From NCBI GenBank assembly GCA_041287245.1, contig JBEULP010000058.1, forward strand, positions 1-64,000: a stretch of DNA of 64,000 bases, written 5' to 3'. The stretch is from Infirmifilum sp. GTDB lineage: Archaea; Thermoproteota; Thermoprotei; Thermofilales; Thermofilaceae. How positions within the stretch are numbered: position 1 is the first letter of the stretch; every line of letters starts with the position of its first letter. Shown one piece after another: positions 9,723 to 18,959 of the stretch. The notes beneath the pieces are model-generated. The model made no database searches. It saw nothing but the letters and a program-made list of their open reading frames with translations, and was not told the DNA's origin. Both the position numbers and the translations under genes were made by a program.

Positions 9723-11384
9723 GTGTGGATGGGTTGGGAGCTTGTGAGCATAAGGGAGCGCTTGGTAACTCTTTACGAGTCACTAGGGGTTAACGACATC
9801 GTGGCAGGCTCTTCGGAGGAGCGTGTTGCCGCGGAGAAAATTAGAGGTTACTTGGAGGAGCTAAGATTGGAGGCTAGGGTCTTCGAGTTTGAAGCCATGT
9901 CTTGGCGTGAAAGATACGTGGAGACCTGTGTCGGAGGGTTGAAGGTTAGGTCTGTCGCCATGCCCTACGTGTTGAACGGGGAGGCTGAGGGAAAAGCCGT
10001 ATATGTTGGAAGCCGGATACTTGAGGAGGACTGGTCTTCCTTGAACCTTGAAGGAAAGATAGCTTTGGTGAAGTTTTATGAGAAGGTTGACGAGGCCGAG
10101 TGGCAGTATCTCCAGGCTGTGAGGGCAGGTGCTGAGGCGGTGGTATTCATGGATTCCTATCCAGGGCGTGTCAGGAGAATGGTTTTAACCCTTAACACTG
10201 ACTATAGGTTCGTCGAGGGCACTCCCCCGCCCATCCCCGCTGTTTCCGTGAGCCTAGAGGATGGCCTAAGGATAAAAAGGCTTGCAGAGAGTGGAGAAAA
10301 GGTTTCCGTTAGGGTTGAGGCTGAGGTTGACCATGGCGCTAGAAGCCGGGTTGTATACGCAGGCGACCTTTCAGGCCCTGTTTTCTCGGCGCACATCGAC
10401 AAGTGGCTAGGGGGCTTCAGGGATAACGCTTTAGGCGTGGGGCTTGTGCTCTACATGGCGGAGAAGCTACGCGACAAGGCGGGGTACATCTTTTTCGGAG
10501 CAGAGGAGTCCGGTGCTCCAGGCTTTAGCCCGTGGTACTGGATATGGGGGTCTAGGAGATTTGCCGAGTTCCTAGAGGCTCATGGCCTTCTAGGAGATTT
10601 TGGCCTCCTCTTGAACGTGGATGTCTTGGGTGGTAAATCGATCAGAATCTCAGCTTCTACTCCTGACGTGCAAGCTGGGCTCTCGCGTGTGGTGGGAGAG
10701 GAGGCTATGGTTTGCCCTGACCAGGTAATATTCGACAGTTTTAGCTTTACTCTCAAAGGCGTACCTTCCACGACGACGCATACCTTTCCTGAGGTTTTAC
10801 CCGTGTACCACACTGACCTCGACTCGCCGGGGTCTATAGACTGGTTTTCCGTTGAGAGAGCCTCGAAAATACTTGAAAGAATAGCTATTGAGTTCTCTTC
10901 TAAAAGGGAGGATTTGTTCGAATACAACGAGCTATTGCGAAGCATCGCCTCAAGGTTGGAGAGAGTGGCGTTCCTGCCCTCCGTTCAAGGCGTGTTGGAA
11001 CAGCTTGACAGATTACGGATAAGCGGGGAGGATGAGGCGAGGCAGGTTCGAAGATCCCTAACCGGTCCCATGTTCTGGGGAAGGTATGATAGGGTTTTCC
11101 GGGATAGCGAGGTTTTCTACCCGCTCTACACCGATGCTATAGATGACTTCTTACTTGTCTCCGACATCCTGTCGGGTGGTAGAGACGCGAGTGAAATAGT
11201 TCGGCTAAGAGGTATTAGGAGGATAGCTGGTCTTGAGAGAATCCTCCCAAGCGTTGAGCCGGTGTTCTACGGGCGTGTTTTCAGCTCTCCAGGGTTCCTC
11301 CGCGAGGTGTACTTCGTGCTAGAGAGAATTGTTGAGCGGGACGTCGAAGAGCTGTGGAATAAGTTGGAATACCTTAGAAAATAA
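9723..11384 (+). CDS. M28-family aminopeptidase with PA domain
   Basis: PA insert (GKIALVK, AGAEAVVF), SAHID, DNALG, GAEESG, NVD, YHT. Confidence 0.85.
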   Translation: MWMGWELVSIRERLVTLYESLGVNDIVAGSSEERVAAEKIRGYLEELRLEARVFEFEAMSWRERYVETCVGGLKVRSVAMPYVLNGEAEGKAVYVGSRILEEDWSSLNLEGKIALVKFYEKVDEAEWQYLQAVRAGAEAVVFMDSYPGRVRRMVLTLNTDYRFVEGTPPPIPAVSVSLEDGLRIKRLAESGEKVSVRVEAEVDHGARSRVVYAGDLSGPVFSAHIDKWLGGFRDNALGVGLVLYMAEKLRDKAGYIFFGAEESGAPGFSPWYWIWGSRRFAEFLEAHGLLGDFGLLLNVDVLGGKSIRISASTPDVQAGLSRVVGEEAMVCPDQVIFDSFSFTLKGVPSTTTHTFPEVLPVYHTDLDSPGSIDWFSVERASKILERIAIEFSSKREDLFEYNELLRSIASRLERVAFLPSVQGVLEQLDRLRISGEDEARQVRRSLTGPMFWGRYDRVFRDSEVFYPLYTDAIDDFLLVSDILSGGRDASEIVRLRGIRRIAGLERILPSVEPVFYGRVFSSPGFLREVYFVLERIVERDVEELWNKLEYLRK

Positions 11385-11390
11385 CACGTG

Positions 11391-12344
11391 CTACATTTGG
11401 GCTTTTGAGATTCTACCACCTTCAATGAAAATAACTTCGATTGGTTTATCTCCAAGTTCTTCCTTGAGCAGGGGTAGGACTTTTCTCAGCGCTTTTCCTA
11501 GGCTCACCGCTCGGAAAGAAGCGCCAGCCGCATACCTGTGCCCTCCTCCACCAAGTGGCGTGGTTACATTTGTCGCTGAATACCTTGAGTCGGGGTTCGC
11601 CCCAGCATAGACGCGGTATTTGAAGAGGCCTTTAGGGACAAGCAGGAAGGTGAACTCGGACCCTGCTCTTTCGAGGAGAATTGTGAGGTAACGGTAGGAG
11701 AGCCCCATGTCCTCCTTGAAGACTAAAACAGCCTCCCTGGGCGGTGGTTGTAGCAGCTTCGCAACCTCCTCTGTCCTGCTTTTGTTTTTCGAGAAGCGGT
11801 CAATGAAAACCTTTATTTTCTCGTCCTTCAAAGCTTCAATCCCCCTCTCAGCGAGCCTCTCTATAATGTATAACCTACCCTTGTAGTCTGCGCCTTTAAC
11901 CGCAGCTTCCAACTCCATCGCCTCAGTAGAGGTTATTTTAGCCGTGTCCGTCTCTATAGCATAGCGCACGAGCTCGGCAGCCTTCCCATCGTTTTCCAGC
12001 CCCAGCGCCTTTAACGCCATTACCGCGGCTGCAGGGGCTTCAGGGTCGTAGAACTCCTTTTCAGCACAGGGAGGGTTTGTTAAGTGGTGATCTGCCCTGA
12101 GCCTTGCCTTCCCGGGACACGGTAGGTCGGCTACGAAGTCCCAGGTAACCCTCCTTATCAGCGGGTGCTTCCTAACCTGGGAGGGATAGGCTAGGACAAC
12201 TATACCCTTGGGGTATCTTATTTTGAATAGTGCCCCGCTGACAATCCCGTCTGGGTCGCCCTCATCTACAAGCGCAAGCTCCCGACCTTCCAGCTTTGCC
12301 CTGAATATTGTATAAGCCTTGTAGAGCTCGGTATGGAGCCACAT
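11391..12344 (-). CDS. DHH/DHHA1 family phosphoesterase
   Basis: DPDG, ADHH, GGGHRYAAG. Confidence 0.85.
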   Translation of the reverse strand: MWLHTELYKAYTIFRAKLEGRELALVDEGDPDGIVSGALFKIRYPKGIVVLAYPSQVRKHPLIRRVTWDFVADLPCPGKARLRADHHLTNPPCAEKEFYDPEAPAAAVMALKALGLENDGKAAELVRYAIETDTAKITSTEAMELEAAVKGADYKGRLYIIERLAERGIEALKDEKIKVFIDRFSKNKSRTEEVAKLLQPPPREAVLVFKEDMGLSYRYLTILLERAGSEFTFLLVPKGLFKYRVYAGANPDSRYSATNVTTPLGGGGHRYAAGASFRAVSLGKALRKVLPLLKEELGDKPIEVIFIEGGRISKAQM

Positions 12345-12379
12345 AAGCGAAAGGTGTCTGTGGATATATAAAAAGCCAA

Positions 12380-13513
12380 CTAGCCTATCACGGCTAGCTC
12401 GTGCACTAGTTTTCCTGTCTGGAACCTTTCGAGAAGCAAGTTCTTAGCCTCTGATATGCTGGGCTCACCTCTCAGCAGCCAGTCGGCCATTATCTCGCCT
12501 ACAACAGGCCCCATCATGAAGCCGTGGCCGCTGAAGCCCCCGGCTATAAATAGGTTGTCATATCCCCCAACGGGGCCCAGGACAGGGTGATGGTCGGGTG
12601 TAATCTCATAGTAGCCGGACCAGCTTCGGAGTATGTTGGATCCAGGTAGCCAGGGAAGCCATCTTGACCACTCCTTTACAACCTTATTAAGGAATTCTAG
12701 GGAGACTCTAAGCTCCCCGAAGGGCTTTTCAGGAACCTCCACACCCATGAGAACATTGCCGTGGAATGTTTGCACCGCGTAGGCGCCGCTCTCAAAGTCT
12801 ATGATAAGAGGGTCGAAAAGCCTGTCAAACTCTTCTGTTATCGCGGCGTGGTGGGGGACAGGGGTGATACTTGGATCTACGCCTATAGGCTTCAAAAGCT
12901 CGCCTGCATAAGCCCCAGCTGCAACGACTATATTTTCCGCCTCGACCACCCCCCTTGAGGTCTCAAGGCCCACTGCAGCAGAACCGTCGACCCTTATCGA
13001 TGCCACGGATTCTCCTACTTGGAACTCCACACCTAGTCTCCTGGAAGCCATGTAAAGCTTGTATACCGTGTCGAACGGGCTCGCCTTACCAGCGAGCGGG
13101 TCGTAAAGCGCGCCTACCAGGCTCTCAGTGCTCAAGTGGGGGGCAACCTCGCGGATAAACCCTTCATCCACCATCCTTGTCGGAACCCCATTCTCATTAT
13201 GGATCCTCATATACCTCTTTAACTTATCATATCCCTGTTCACTGGAGGACAACCATAGATACCCGCTCCTAGAATATTTTATACCTAGCTCCCGGGCCCA
13301 CTCGCCCCACAACTCAATGCTTCTCCTCATCAGCACTATGTGTTCTCGACTAGTAAAGCTGGCTCTTATGCCGCCGGCGCATCTGAATGTAGAGCCTGAC
13401 CCGAGGTACCCTCGCTCAAAAACGACTATCTTATTAACTCCCCGCTTCGCTAGGCTGAAAGCGGTCGACAGGCCCGTTATACCTCCCCCGATGATAGCAA
13501 CCTCATATCTCAT
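12380..13513 (-). CDS. FAD-dependent oxidoreductase, dye-linked L-proline dehydrogenase/sarcosine oxidase beta-like subunit
   Basis: IIGGGITG, GSTFRCAGGIR, TPDHHP, GFSGHGFMMGP. Confidence 0.88.
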   Translation of the reverse strand: MRYEVAIIGGGITGLSTAFSLAKRGVNKIVVFERGYLGSGSTFRCAGGIRASFTSREHIVLMRRSIELWGEWARELGIKYSRSGYLWLSSSEQGYDKLKRYMRIHNENGVPTRMVDEGFIREVAPHLSTESLVGALYDPLAGKASPFDTVYKLYMASRRLGVEFQVGESVASIRVDGSAAVGLETSRGVVEAENIVVAAGAYAGELLKPIGVDPSITPVPHHAAITEEFDRLFDPLIIDFESGAYAVQTFHGNVLMGVEVPEKPFGELRVSLEFLNKVVKEWSRWLPWLPGSNILRSWSGYYEITPDHHPVLGPVGGYDNLFIAGGFSGHGFMMGPVVGEIMADWLLRGEPSISEAKNLLLERFQTGKLVHELAVIG

Positions 13514-13802
13514 GCCTCTTCACCCGTAGAAACACCTTAGCAGGGACCGGCTCCAGCGGCGGGCGTATAGTAGGATAGGCTAGCTTCTCCGGAGGGACGC
13601 CAAGCTTCCTACTTAGATAAGAGATGAGAACCGGGATGCAGAACCTCCCTTGACATGGACCCATCCCTATGCGTAGTAGTCTCTTCAGGGACTCCACGTC
13701 TGTGATACCGGCCTCTATCGCCCTGTCAACATCCTCTGTCGTAACCTTTTCGCACATGCAAATGTAGGTTTTCACCTCACCCGTATGCTCCTCACCTCCC
13801 AT
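13503..13802 (-). CDS. BFD-like [2Fe-2S] subunit of the proline dehydrogenase-like complex
   Basis: ICMCEKV, GMGPCQGRFC, IRPP; real start probably GTG at 13775. Confidence 0.85.
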   Translation of the reverse strand: MGGEEHTGEVKTYICMCEKVTTEDVDRAIEAGITDVESLKRLLRIGMGPCQGRFCIPVLISYLSRKLGVPPEKLAYPTIRPPLEPVPAKVFLRVKRHEI

Positions 13803-14248
13803 AGTAGTTCCCTCGGAACCTCCACAAACACAACCTGCGTCTTGTTGACCTCAAAGGCTCTTACAACCATACCCTCGCCGAGCTCCCTCCCATCGCGCCC
13901 CAAGAGGGCGACTTTTTGCCCCTTCTGGGCCTTCGGTAAGAACTCGTACGGCATGCCTACTACGTAGCGTTGCCCCATCCTCCCCACGACAAACATCGCC
14001 TGCCCTGGACAGCCCCCCACGCAGACCCCGCACGCCGTACACCTGGTCCAGTCGATACGTGGTCTCCCCCTTAGCCCCTCCACCCTAATGGCCTTAACCG
14101 GGCAGAGGGTTTGGCACACGTTGCACGGTATTTCTTCGACGCACTCTGTAACCGCAACCGCCTTTAACTCTATTGTTTCCTCGGGAGGAACGAAACCCGC
14201 GCTTTTAAGCTCGCTATACTCCACGTAACCCCTACGCCTGAAGCTCAC
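13772..14248 (-). CDS. 4Fe-4S ferredoxin subunit of the proline dehydrogenase-like complex
   Basis: ECVEEIPCNVCQTLCP and CTACGVCVGGCPG; start taken at GTG 14248. Confidence 0.85.
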   Translation of the reverse strand: MSFRRRGYVEYSELKSAGFVPPEETIELKAVAVTECVEEIPCNVCQTLCPVKAIRVEGLRGRPRIDWTRCTACGVCVGGCPGQAMFVVGRMGQRYVVGMPYEFLPKAQKGQKVALLGRDGRELGEGMVVRAFEVNKTQVVFVEVPRELLWEVRSIRVR

Positions 14249-15641
14249 CCAGCACCACCTTCCCAACACCACGTAGAACCTTCGCCGAGAAGGGCGTTTT
14301 ACGGGCAGAGTCCAGAAGCTCAAGCACCTTGTTCCGCTTATCTAGAAGGTCGCTCCTAGAACCTAAGATTTTTATCGCCGCCGAGTAACCTGCGATTCTA
14401 CCTGTGAGTATGGCAGTGGTAGCCTCCTCAATTCCTGAGGCATCACCGGCTATAAAAACACCGGGAAGGCTTGTCTCCATAAACTTGCTCCTGTAGGGAA
14501 CGTAACCGCCTAGCTCGCTTGACCACACCATCTTAGCCCCCATCTCGGCTAGAAGCCTAGCTTCCGGTGTAAGCCCGACAGCCAGGAGTAGAAGATCAAC
14601 GTCAAAAACCTTCTCGGAACCTGAAACAGGGGTCATTTTCTCGTCAACCTCTGCGACGACCACCCGCTCCACACGCTCCCTACCCTCCGCCCTAACCACA
14701 GTATGCCCTGTAAGTATCTGAATCCCCCTTCTCCGGAGCTTTGCCGCGTGTACAAGCCAACCTCCAATCTCTCGCATAACCTCTACGACAGCCGCAACCT
14801 CTACCCCAGCTTGTAAAAGCTGGTATGATACTATGAGGCCTACGTTCCCAGCGCCCACGACGACTGCCCTCTCCCCGGGCTTTACGCCGTACTCGTTCAT
14901 AAGTGTCTGGGCAGCGCCTGCCCCCATAACACCTGGAAGAGTATTTCCTGGGAAGGGTAGGAACCTCTCAACAGCCCCGGTGGAGACTACGGCGGTTTTC
15001 GGTTTCACCAGTACAAGCCTGCCGTTCTCGACGGCTGCAAACCCCTCGTCTTTAAACCAGCCTATAACTGGGGCCCTTGTGTGAATACGAACGCCCAGCG
15101 ACGAAGCCCTGGCGATAAGCTTCTCCGCAATCTGAAAACCCCTCTGCCCGCCGAAGAGCTCTCCAGAGCCGAAGAACTTGTGAGTCTGCTTTACAAGCTG
15201 GCCCCCGGCTCTAAAGTGCCTCTCAAACACATCCACCCTTAACCCCTCCTCTGCGGCTACAGCGGCAGCAGAGAGCCCTGCAGGGCCGCTGCCCACAACT
15301 AATACGTCTGTCTCGAGGGTTATCGCTTCTTCGCCGTCTAGAGGTTGTGGTGTAGGAACAGCTTTTTCCTCGCTTTCAACACGAAGCCCCTCTGCGACTG
15401 GCTCCAGGCACGTGCGGACTCTTGACCGGCCGTTCACCTTAGCCATGCAGCCTGAGCAGTAGCCTATCATGCAGAAGGGACCCTGCGGGGGGTGAGAGCC
15501 CTTAATATTTCGTATTCCACTCGCCCACAGGGCGGCGAGCACGCTCTCTCCCTCATAGCCTAGGAACTCTCTGCCGTTGAAGTAGAAATGAAGAGGCTTG
15601 CCCCTCTTGTAATCCAGGATAGGGTGTTGAAATATACGCAC
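14232..15641 (-). CDS. proline dehydrogenase/sarcosine oxidase alpha-like subunit (Fer2_4 plus FAD/NAD oxidoreductase)
   Basis: FCMIGYCSGC..RTC, VVGSGPAG, GGQLVKQTHKFFG, VGAGNVG, AGD. Confidence 0.88.
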   Translation of the reverse strand: MRIFQHPILDYKRGKPLHFYFNGREFLGYEGESVLAALWASGIRNIKGSHPPQGPFCMIGYCSGCMAKVNGRSRVRTCLEPVAEGLRVESEEKAVPTPQPLDGEEAITLETDVLVVGSGPAGLSAAAVAAEEGLRVDVFERHFRAGGQLVKQTHKFFGSGELFGGQRGFQIAEKLIARASSLGVRIHTRAPVIGWFKDEGFAAVENGRLVLVKPKTAVVSTGAVERFLPFPGNTLPGVMGAGAAQTLMNEYGVKPGERAVVVGAGNVGLIVSYQLLQAGVEVAAVVEVMREIGGWLVHAAKLRRRGIQILTGHTVVRAEGRERVERVVVAEVDEKMTPVSGSEKVFDVDLLLLAVGLTPEARLLAEMGAKMVWSSELGGYVPYRSKFMETSLPGVFIAGDASGIEEATTAILTGRIAGYSAAIKILGSRSDLLDKRNKVLELLDSARKTPFSAKVLRGVGKVVLGELQA

Positions 15642-15798
15642 ATCTAAGTTTTAATGTGGATGTTTAAATATTCTCTTATAGAAAATATTTACAGTTTGTG
15701 AGCCAGTTACCGCAAAACTGTTAAAGCATTATAGGAAGATGAATAAAGTTACTTTATTAACAAAGATTGTTATTCTTTTTCTAAAAAATACTGTGCTT

Positions 15799-16080
15799 CT
15801 AGAGCGATAAGGTCGTCAGCGTATATGTGCCACTGGTTGATTTTCCAATTAGAAGCTCCTCGTTAACGTATAGTTGAAGCTTTTTTGCCAGCCTGACCTC
15901 CCGAACCAGCCCTACGCGCTCCAGAATCACCAGGTGCCCGCTTAGGGTGCCTATGCTTATCCCCAACTGGCGCGCCAGTTGCCTAACGCTTAAACCCGGG
16001 TTCTCTATTAGGAAGGATACTATCTCGCGCCTCAAGGGGTGTTCTAGAGCTTCCCTTAAAGTCAGCACCTTATCAGGCAT
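15799..16080 (-). CDS. ArsR-like winged helix-turn-helix regulator
   Basis: HPLRREI..NPGLSVRQLARQLGISIGTLSGHLVILERVGLV. Confidence 0.82.
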   Translation of the reverse strand: MPDKVLTLREALEHPLRREIVSFLIENPGLSVRQLARQLGISIGTLSGHLVILERVGLVREVRLAKKLQLYVNEELLIGKSTSGTYTLTTLSL

Positions 16081-16274
16081 AGCTTATCACACACTATGAA
16101 TATGCTTCACGAAAAGAGACAACACCACCAAATAAATCCTCCGCCTCTCAGAACAGCCGAAGACCGTGTAGGGAGAATACACAGGGACTTTTATCGGCAG
16201 AGCCCCTCCTTGTCCCCCCATAGGGGCTGGAATAGAAAAATATTTGAATCAATTGAAGTCTTATTAGGGTTGGT

Positions 16275-16369
16275 GCGGCCGTAGTCTAGTCTGGAAGGAT
16301 GGCGGCCTGCCACGCCGCAGAGCCCTGTCGACGGCGCGGAGAACCCGGGTTCAAATCCCGGCGGCCGCA
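16275..16369 (+). tRNA. tRNA-Gly(GCC) with 21-nt intron in the variable loop (16321-16341)
   Basis: GCGGCCG/CGGCCGC acceptor stem, GCGGC-CTGCCAC-GCCGC anticodon arm, CCGGG-TTCAAAT-CCCGG T arm; insert flanked by AGA bulges and a CCGC/GCGG helix. Confidence 0.93.
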
Positions 16370-16381
16370 CTTTTGCGAATC

Positions 16382-17128
16382 TTAATTTTTATCTTGTAAT
16401 CCTCCCTTTTCTTTGAGTAGGCTTGCTAGCTTGGATGGTTCTGGGGTGTATAGCCTGATTCTCTGCTTCACCTCTGTCCCCATCACTTGCTGTTTTAGGA
16501 TTATTTCTACAAATTTACGCTTGTTATCTGTAGCTATCGTCCCGGTTAGTGGGAATTTAACTGGTAGCCTCTCGTCGACAATTATGCCCCTAGTTGTAAC
16601 CTTGTATTTTGTGGCTATCGTTAGTGTGCCCGTCTTAGCCTGGATACGCCTTGTATACAAGCCTGTCACCAGGGAGATAAAGTAGAACAGCCCGTACATG
16701 GAGAGAAAGGAGTAAAAGGTAGCAGTCTTCGGGTCCTGTGTTAACATGCTGCCGAGGCTGCTGAATGCTTCTCGGAGCTGGGGGATGTAGAAGACCATTA
16801 GGAAGAGTATCATCGTTATCATGGGTATCATGCTTGCCTTAAACTGGGCTGCGAGCTCGCCCTGAGTTTTCTCGACGTCCTTCTCTCGGAGCTTGAGGCT
16901 GAGGTCGGGGTCTGCCTGGTATATTGTCTCGCCCCTCTGCACCTCTTCGAGGTCGCGGAAAATGTTTCTCGCCTGTCTGCCTGTTACTAGGAATATTATG
17001 CCCATGAACACCAAGAGGTAGAGTGTGAAGAACAGCCACGTCTTGTCTGGATAGTTTGCGTTCATGTACGCGAAGGCGATCATGAGCACTAGACCTAATG
17101 CGTATTGGAGGAGTAACGCATGCCTCAT
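16382..17128 (-). CDS. DUF2208-like membrane protein
   Basis: Four predicted TM segments plus soluble C-terminal domain. Confidence 0.65.
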   Translation of the reverse strand: MRHALLLQYALGLVLMIAFAYMNANYPDKTWLFFTLYLLVFMGIIFLVTGRQARNIFRDLEEVQRGETIYQADPDLSLKLREKDVEKTQGELAAQFKASMIPMITMILFLMVFYIPQLREAFSSLGSMLTQDPKTATFYSFLSMYGLFYFISLVTGLYTRRIQAKTGTLTIATKYKVTTRGIIVDERLPVKFPLTGTIATDNKRKFVEIILKQQVMGTEVKQRIRLYTPEPSKLASLLKEKGGLQDKN

Positions 17129-17156
17129 AAACTAAACCAGGAGTTGTGAGACGCCC

Positions 17157-17636
17157 ATGTTTTTATATTTTAGCGTAATAGAGGAGTGTGTGGATAGGGC
17201 CAAGCTAGTGGCGGTTATAGCGGTGTTCTTAGCGCTAAGCGGATTGTTAGTTACTGCAGTATTGTCTCTGAAGTTGTCGGAGGTTCAAAGAGACCTCCGG
17301 GAGGCTTCTGAGCAGCTAAAAATATTGGAAGGCGCCCTCGACGGGCAAACAAAAAAGGTTGTTCTTGTCAACTACTGCATACTCGTGTATTCGGCTACGA
17401 CATGTTTCAATAATACTCCAATCTATAGTGGAGAACCGGTTCTGGCTGTAGCAGCCATGTTTGACGACGTGACTCTGGGTTCACGTAACGGGACCCTGGT
17501 AATCCTCTCGGTGAAACGGTTTCCTGAGTGCTCTCAGTGGTCCTTACTTGTCCGGGTCAACTCGGCATTAAAGTATGTGGACCCGATGTACCCTCTCTAT
17601 GGCGGAGAAAACATATTTTTAAGATGCGATGGTTAA
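17157..17636 (+). CDS. membrane-anchored hypothetical protein
   Basis: N-terminal hydrophobic helix, coiled coil, Cys-containing domain; start probably GTG near 17189. Confidence 0.6.
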   Translation: MFLYFSVIEECVDRAKLVAVIAVFLALSGLLVTAVLSLKLSEVQRDLREASEQLKILEGALDGQTKKVVLVNYCILVYSATTCFNNTPIYSGEPVLAVAAMFDDVTLGSRNGTLVILSVKRFPECSQWSLLVRVNSALKYVDPMYPLYGGENIFLRCDG

Positions 17637-17642
17637 ACAATT

Positions 17643-18218
17643 ATGTCTCGAAGCTGGTTCGTCATCCTAACTCTACTTCTATTCTTCCCCCTTGTAGGGG
17701 CGGGAGTCGCTCCCACCACGCGTTTAGACGAGAACCTTCAGCAAGGGCCGTTTCTAGTTATCAATGTTTTTCCTTCTATGTTAAACCTCACCGTCGGGGG
17801 AACCGGTACTGCCAGGCTTATAATCTATAATTATGGGAGTAGCCCAGCCTATAACGCTACCCTTACACTCATCGGACCTGAAACCGTGAACTTCACGTAT
17901 GACGGTGTAAAATGGGGGCGAAACCTAACACTAAGCTTTAAGGCGATACCGCAGGGGCAACAGCTACCTGTAACGCTCTTCGTTAAGCTATTGAAACCCC
18001 AAAATGCGACCATTGCTGTAACGCTTCTCTCCGACAACGCGGATCCTAGCATTTCAGCCATCCATATAAGAGCTGTACAAGCAGGAGGTGGGGCGGCGCA
18101 AACCCCTATTAACTACTATGTGGCAGCTGGGATCGTAATAATTCTCGTAGCCTTCGCCTTTTATGTGGCAAAAAGGTTTACGAAAAAACCTTCAAAGAGC
18201 CGACAGAAAAGAAGGTAA
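17643..18218 (+). CDS. secreted Ig/CARDB-like protein with C-terminal TM anchor
   Basis: Signal peptide, beta-rich NYGSSPAYNATL segment, several NxT sequons, TM helix and basic tail. Confidence 0.7.
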   Translation: MSRSWFVILTLLLFFPLVGAGVAPTTRLDENLQQGPFLVINVFPSMLNLTVGGTGTARLIIYNYGSSPAYNATLTLIGPETVNFTYDGVKWGRNLTLSFKAIPQGQQLPVTLFVKLLKPQNATIAVTLLSDNADPSISAIHIRAVQAGGGAAQTPINYYVAAGIVIILVAFAFYVAKRFTKKPSKSRQKRR

Positions 18219-18230
18219 GTTTTTATACCT

Positions 18231-18413
18231 TTAGAATTCCTCCTCTTCTTCCTCTTCCTCCCAGCCTTCCTCCTCTTCTTCCTCCTCTTCTTCTAGGAAT
18301 TCCTCTTCTTCGCCAAAGTCCTCCCATTCTTCTTCCTCTTCTTCCTCTTCGCCGAACTCTTCTTCCCATTCCTCATCTTCTTCGCTAAAGGCGTAAGGTT
18401 TCATGGTTATCAA
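18231..18413 (-). CDS. tiny hyperacidic protein
   Basis: Poly-Glu ORF punctuated by W/F; AT-rich promoter-like sequence upstream. Confidence 0.6.
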   Translation of the reverse strand: MITMKPYAFSEEDEEWEEEFGEEEEEEEEWEDFGEEEEFLEEEEEEEEEGWEEEEEEEEF

Positions 18414-18502
18414 TCCCTGACGTCAAATGCACACATATATTTTTAACGTCTAGGTATTAGCTGGGGAAATATTCATTAGGTTTTGTCGCGGTTTTATGTC
18501 TG

Positions 18503-18847
18503 GTGCTCTCTTTGAGTGACAGGCCCTTACTAGAGGTTGTCGCTGATGACGATGAGGAGATAATCAAGGCACTTAAGAACATGGGTGTTAGCCGTATAGT
18601 AGCGTTTACTCCCGAGAAAATAGTGTACCAGTACCCCCCCGCTGGCGATGTCTTGGATCTAAAGGCTTTTGCTTCATCTGCCCTAGCCATCATGAACGAA
18701 GTGGACCCCTGGCTAGCGCTCAAGCAAGGGAGTAGAAGCGTGATTATCTTTAAGAAGGATGGGATTGTGGTGGCGGTTGAGGGGGTTCTAGCTCCTGTAG
18801 ACTACGATGCCATAGTTATGCTTGCACGCATACTTAGCTTTGAGTAG
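18503..18847 (+). CDS. hypothetical protein, possibly roadblock/longin-like
   Basis: 114 aa alpha/beta ORF; fold is a guess from the pattern. Confidence 0.5.
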   Translation: MLSLSDRPLLEVVADDDEEIIKALKNMGVSRIVAFTPEKIVYQYPPAGDVLDLKAFASSALAIMNEVDPWLALKQGSRSVIIFKKDGIVVAVEGVLAPVDYDAIVMLARILSFE

Positions 18848-18851
18848 AGTA

Positions 18852-18907
18852 AAATCAGATGCGACGGTTTTCGGTCACACCTCCCATCTTTTAACCATCA
18901 TCATCCT
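18852..18907 (-). ncRNA. C/D-box guide sRNA candidate
   Basis: Minus strand: ATGATGA-TGGTTAAAAGAT-GGGA-GGTGTGA-CCGAAAACCGTCGCAT-CTGA; perfect C and D boxes about 50 nt apart, intergenic. Confidence 0.65.
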
Positions 18908-18959
18908 GAATGGCTTATAGGAGACTAAGCTTATAAGTTTAGGCTCTGGAGTTCAAACC

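Noticed and set aside
16096..16260. 62-aa ORF and small hairpins upstream of tRNA-Gly
   Set aside because: The ORF runs into the tRNA; the stems are short with no RNA family signature
16275..16400. tRNA as integration site of a provirus or island
   Set aside because: No integrase and no duplicated tRNA 3' end nearby; similarity to 63736-63760 is shared T-arm sequence of another tRNA
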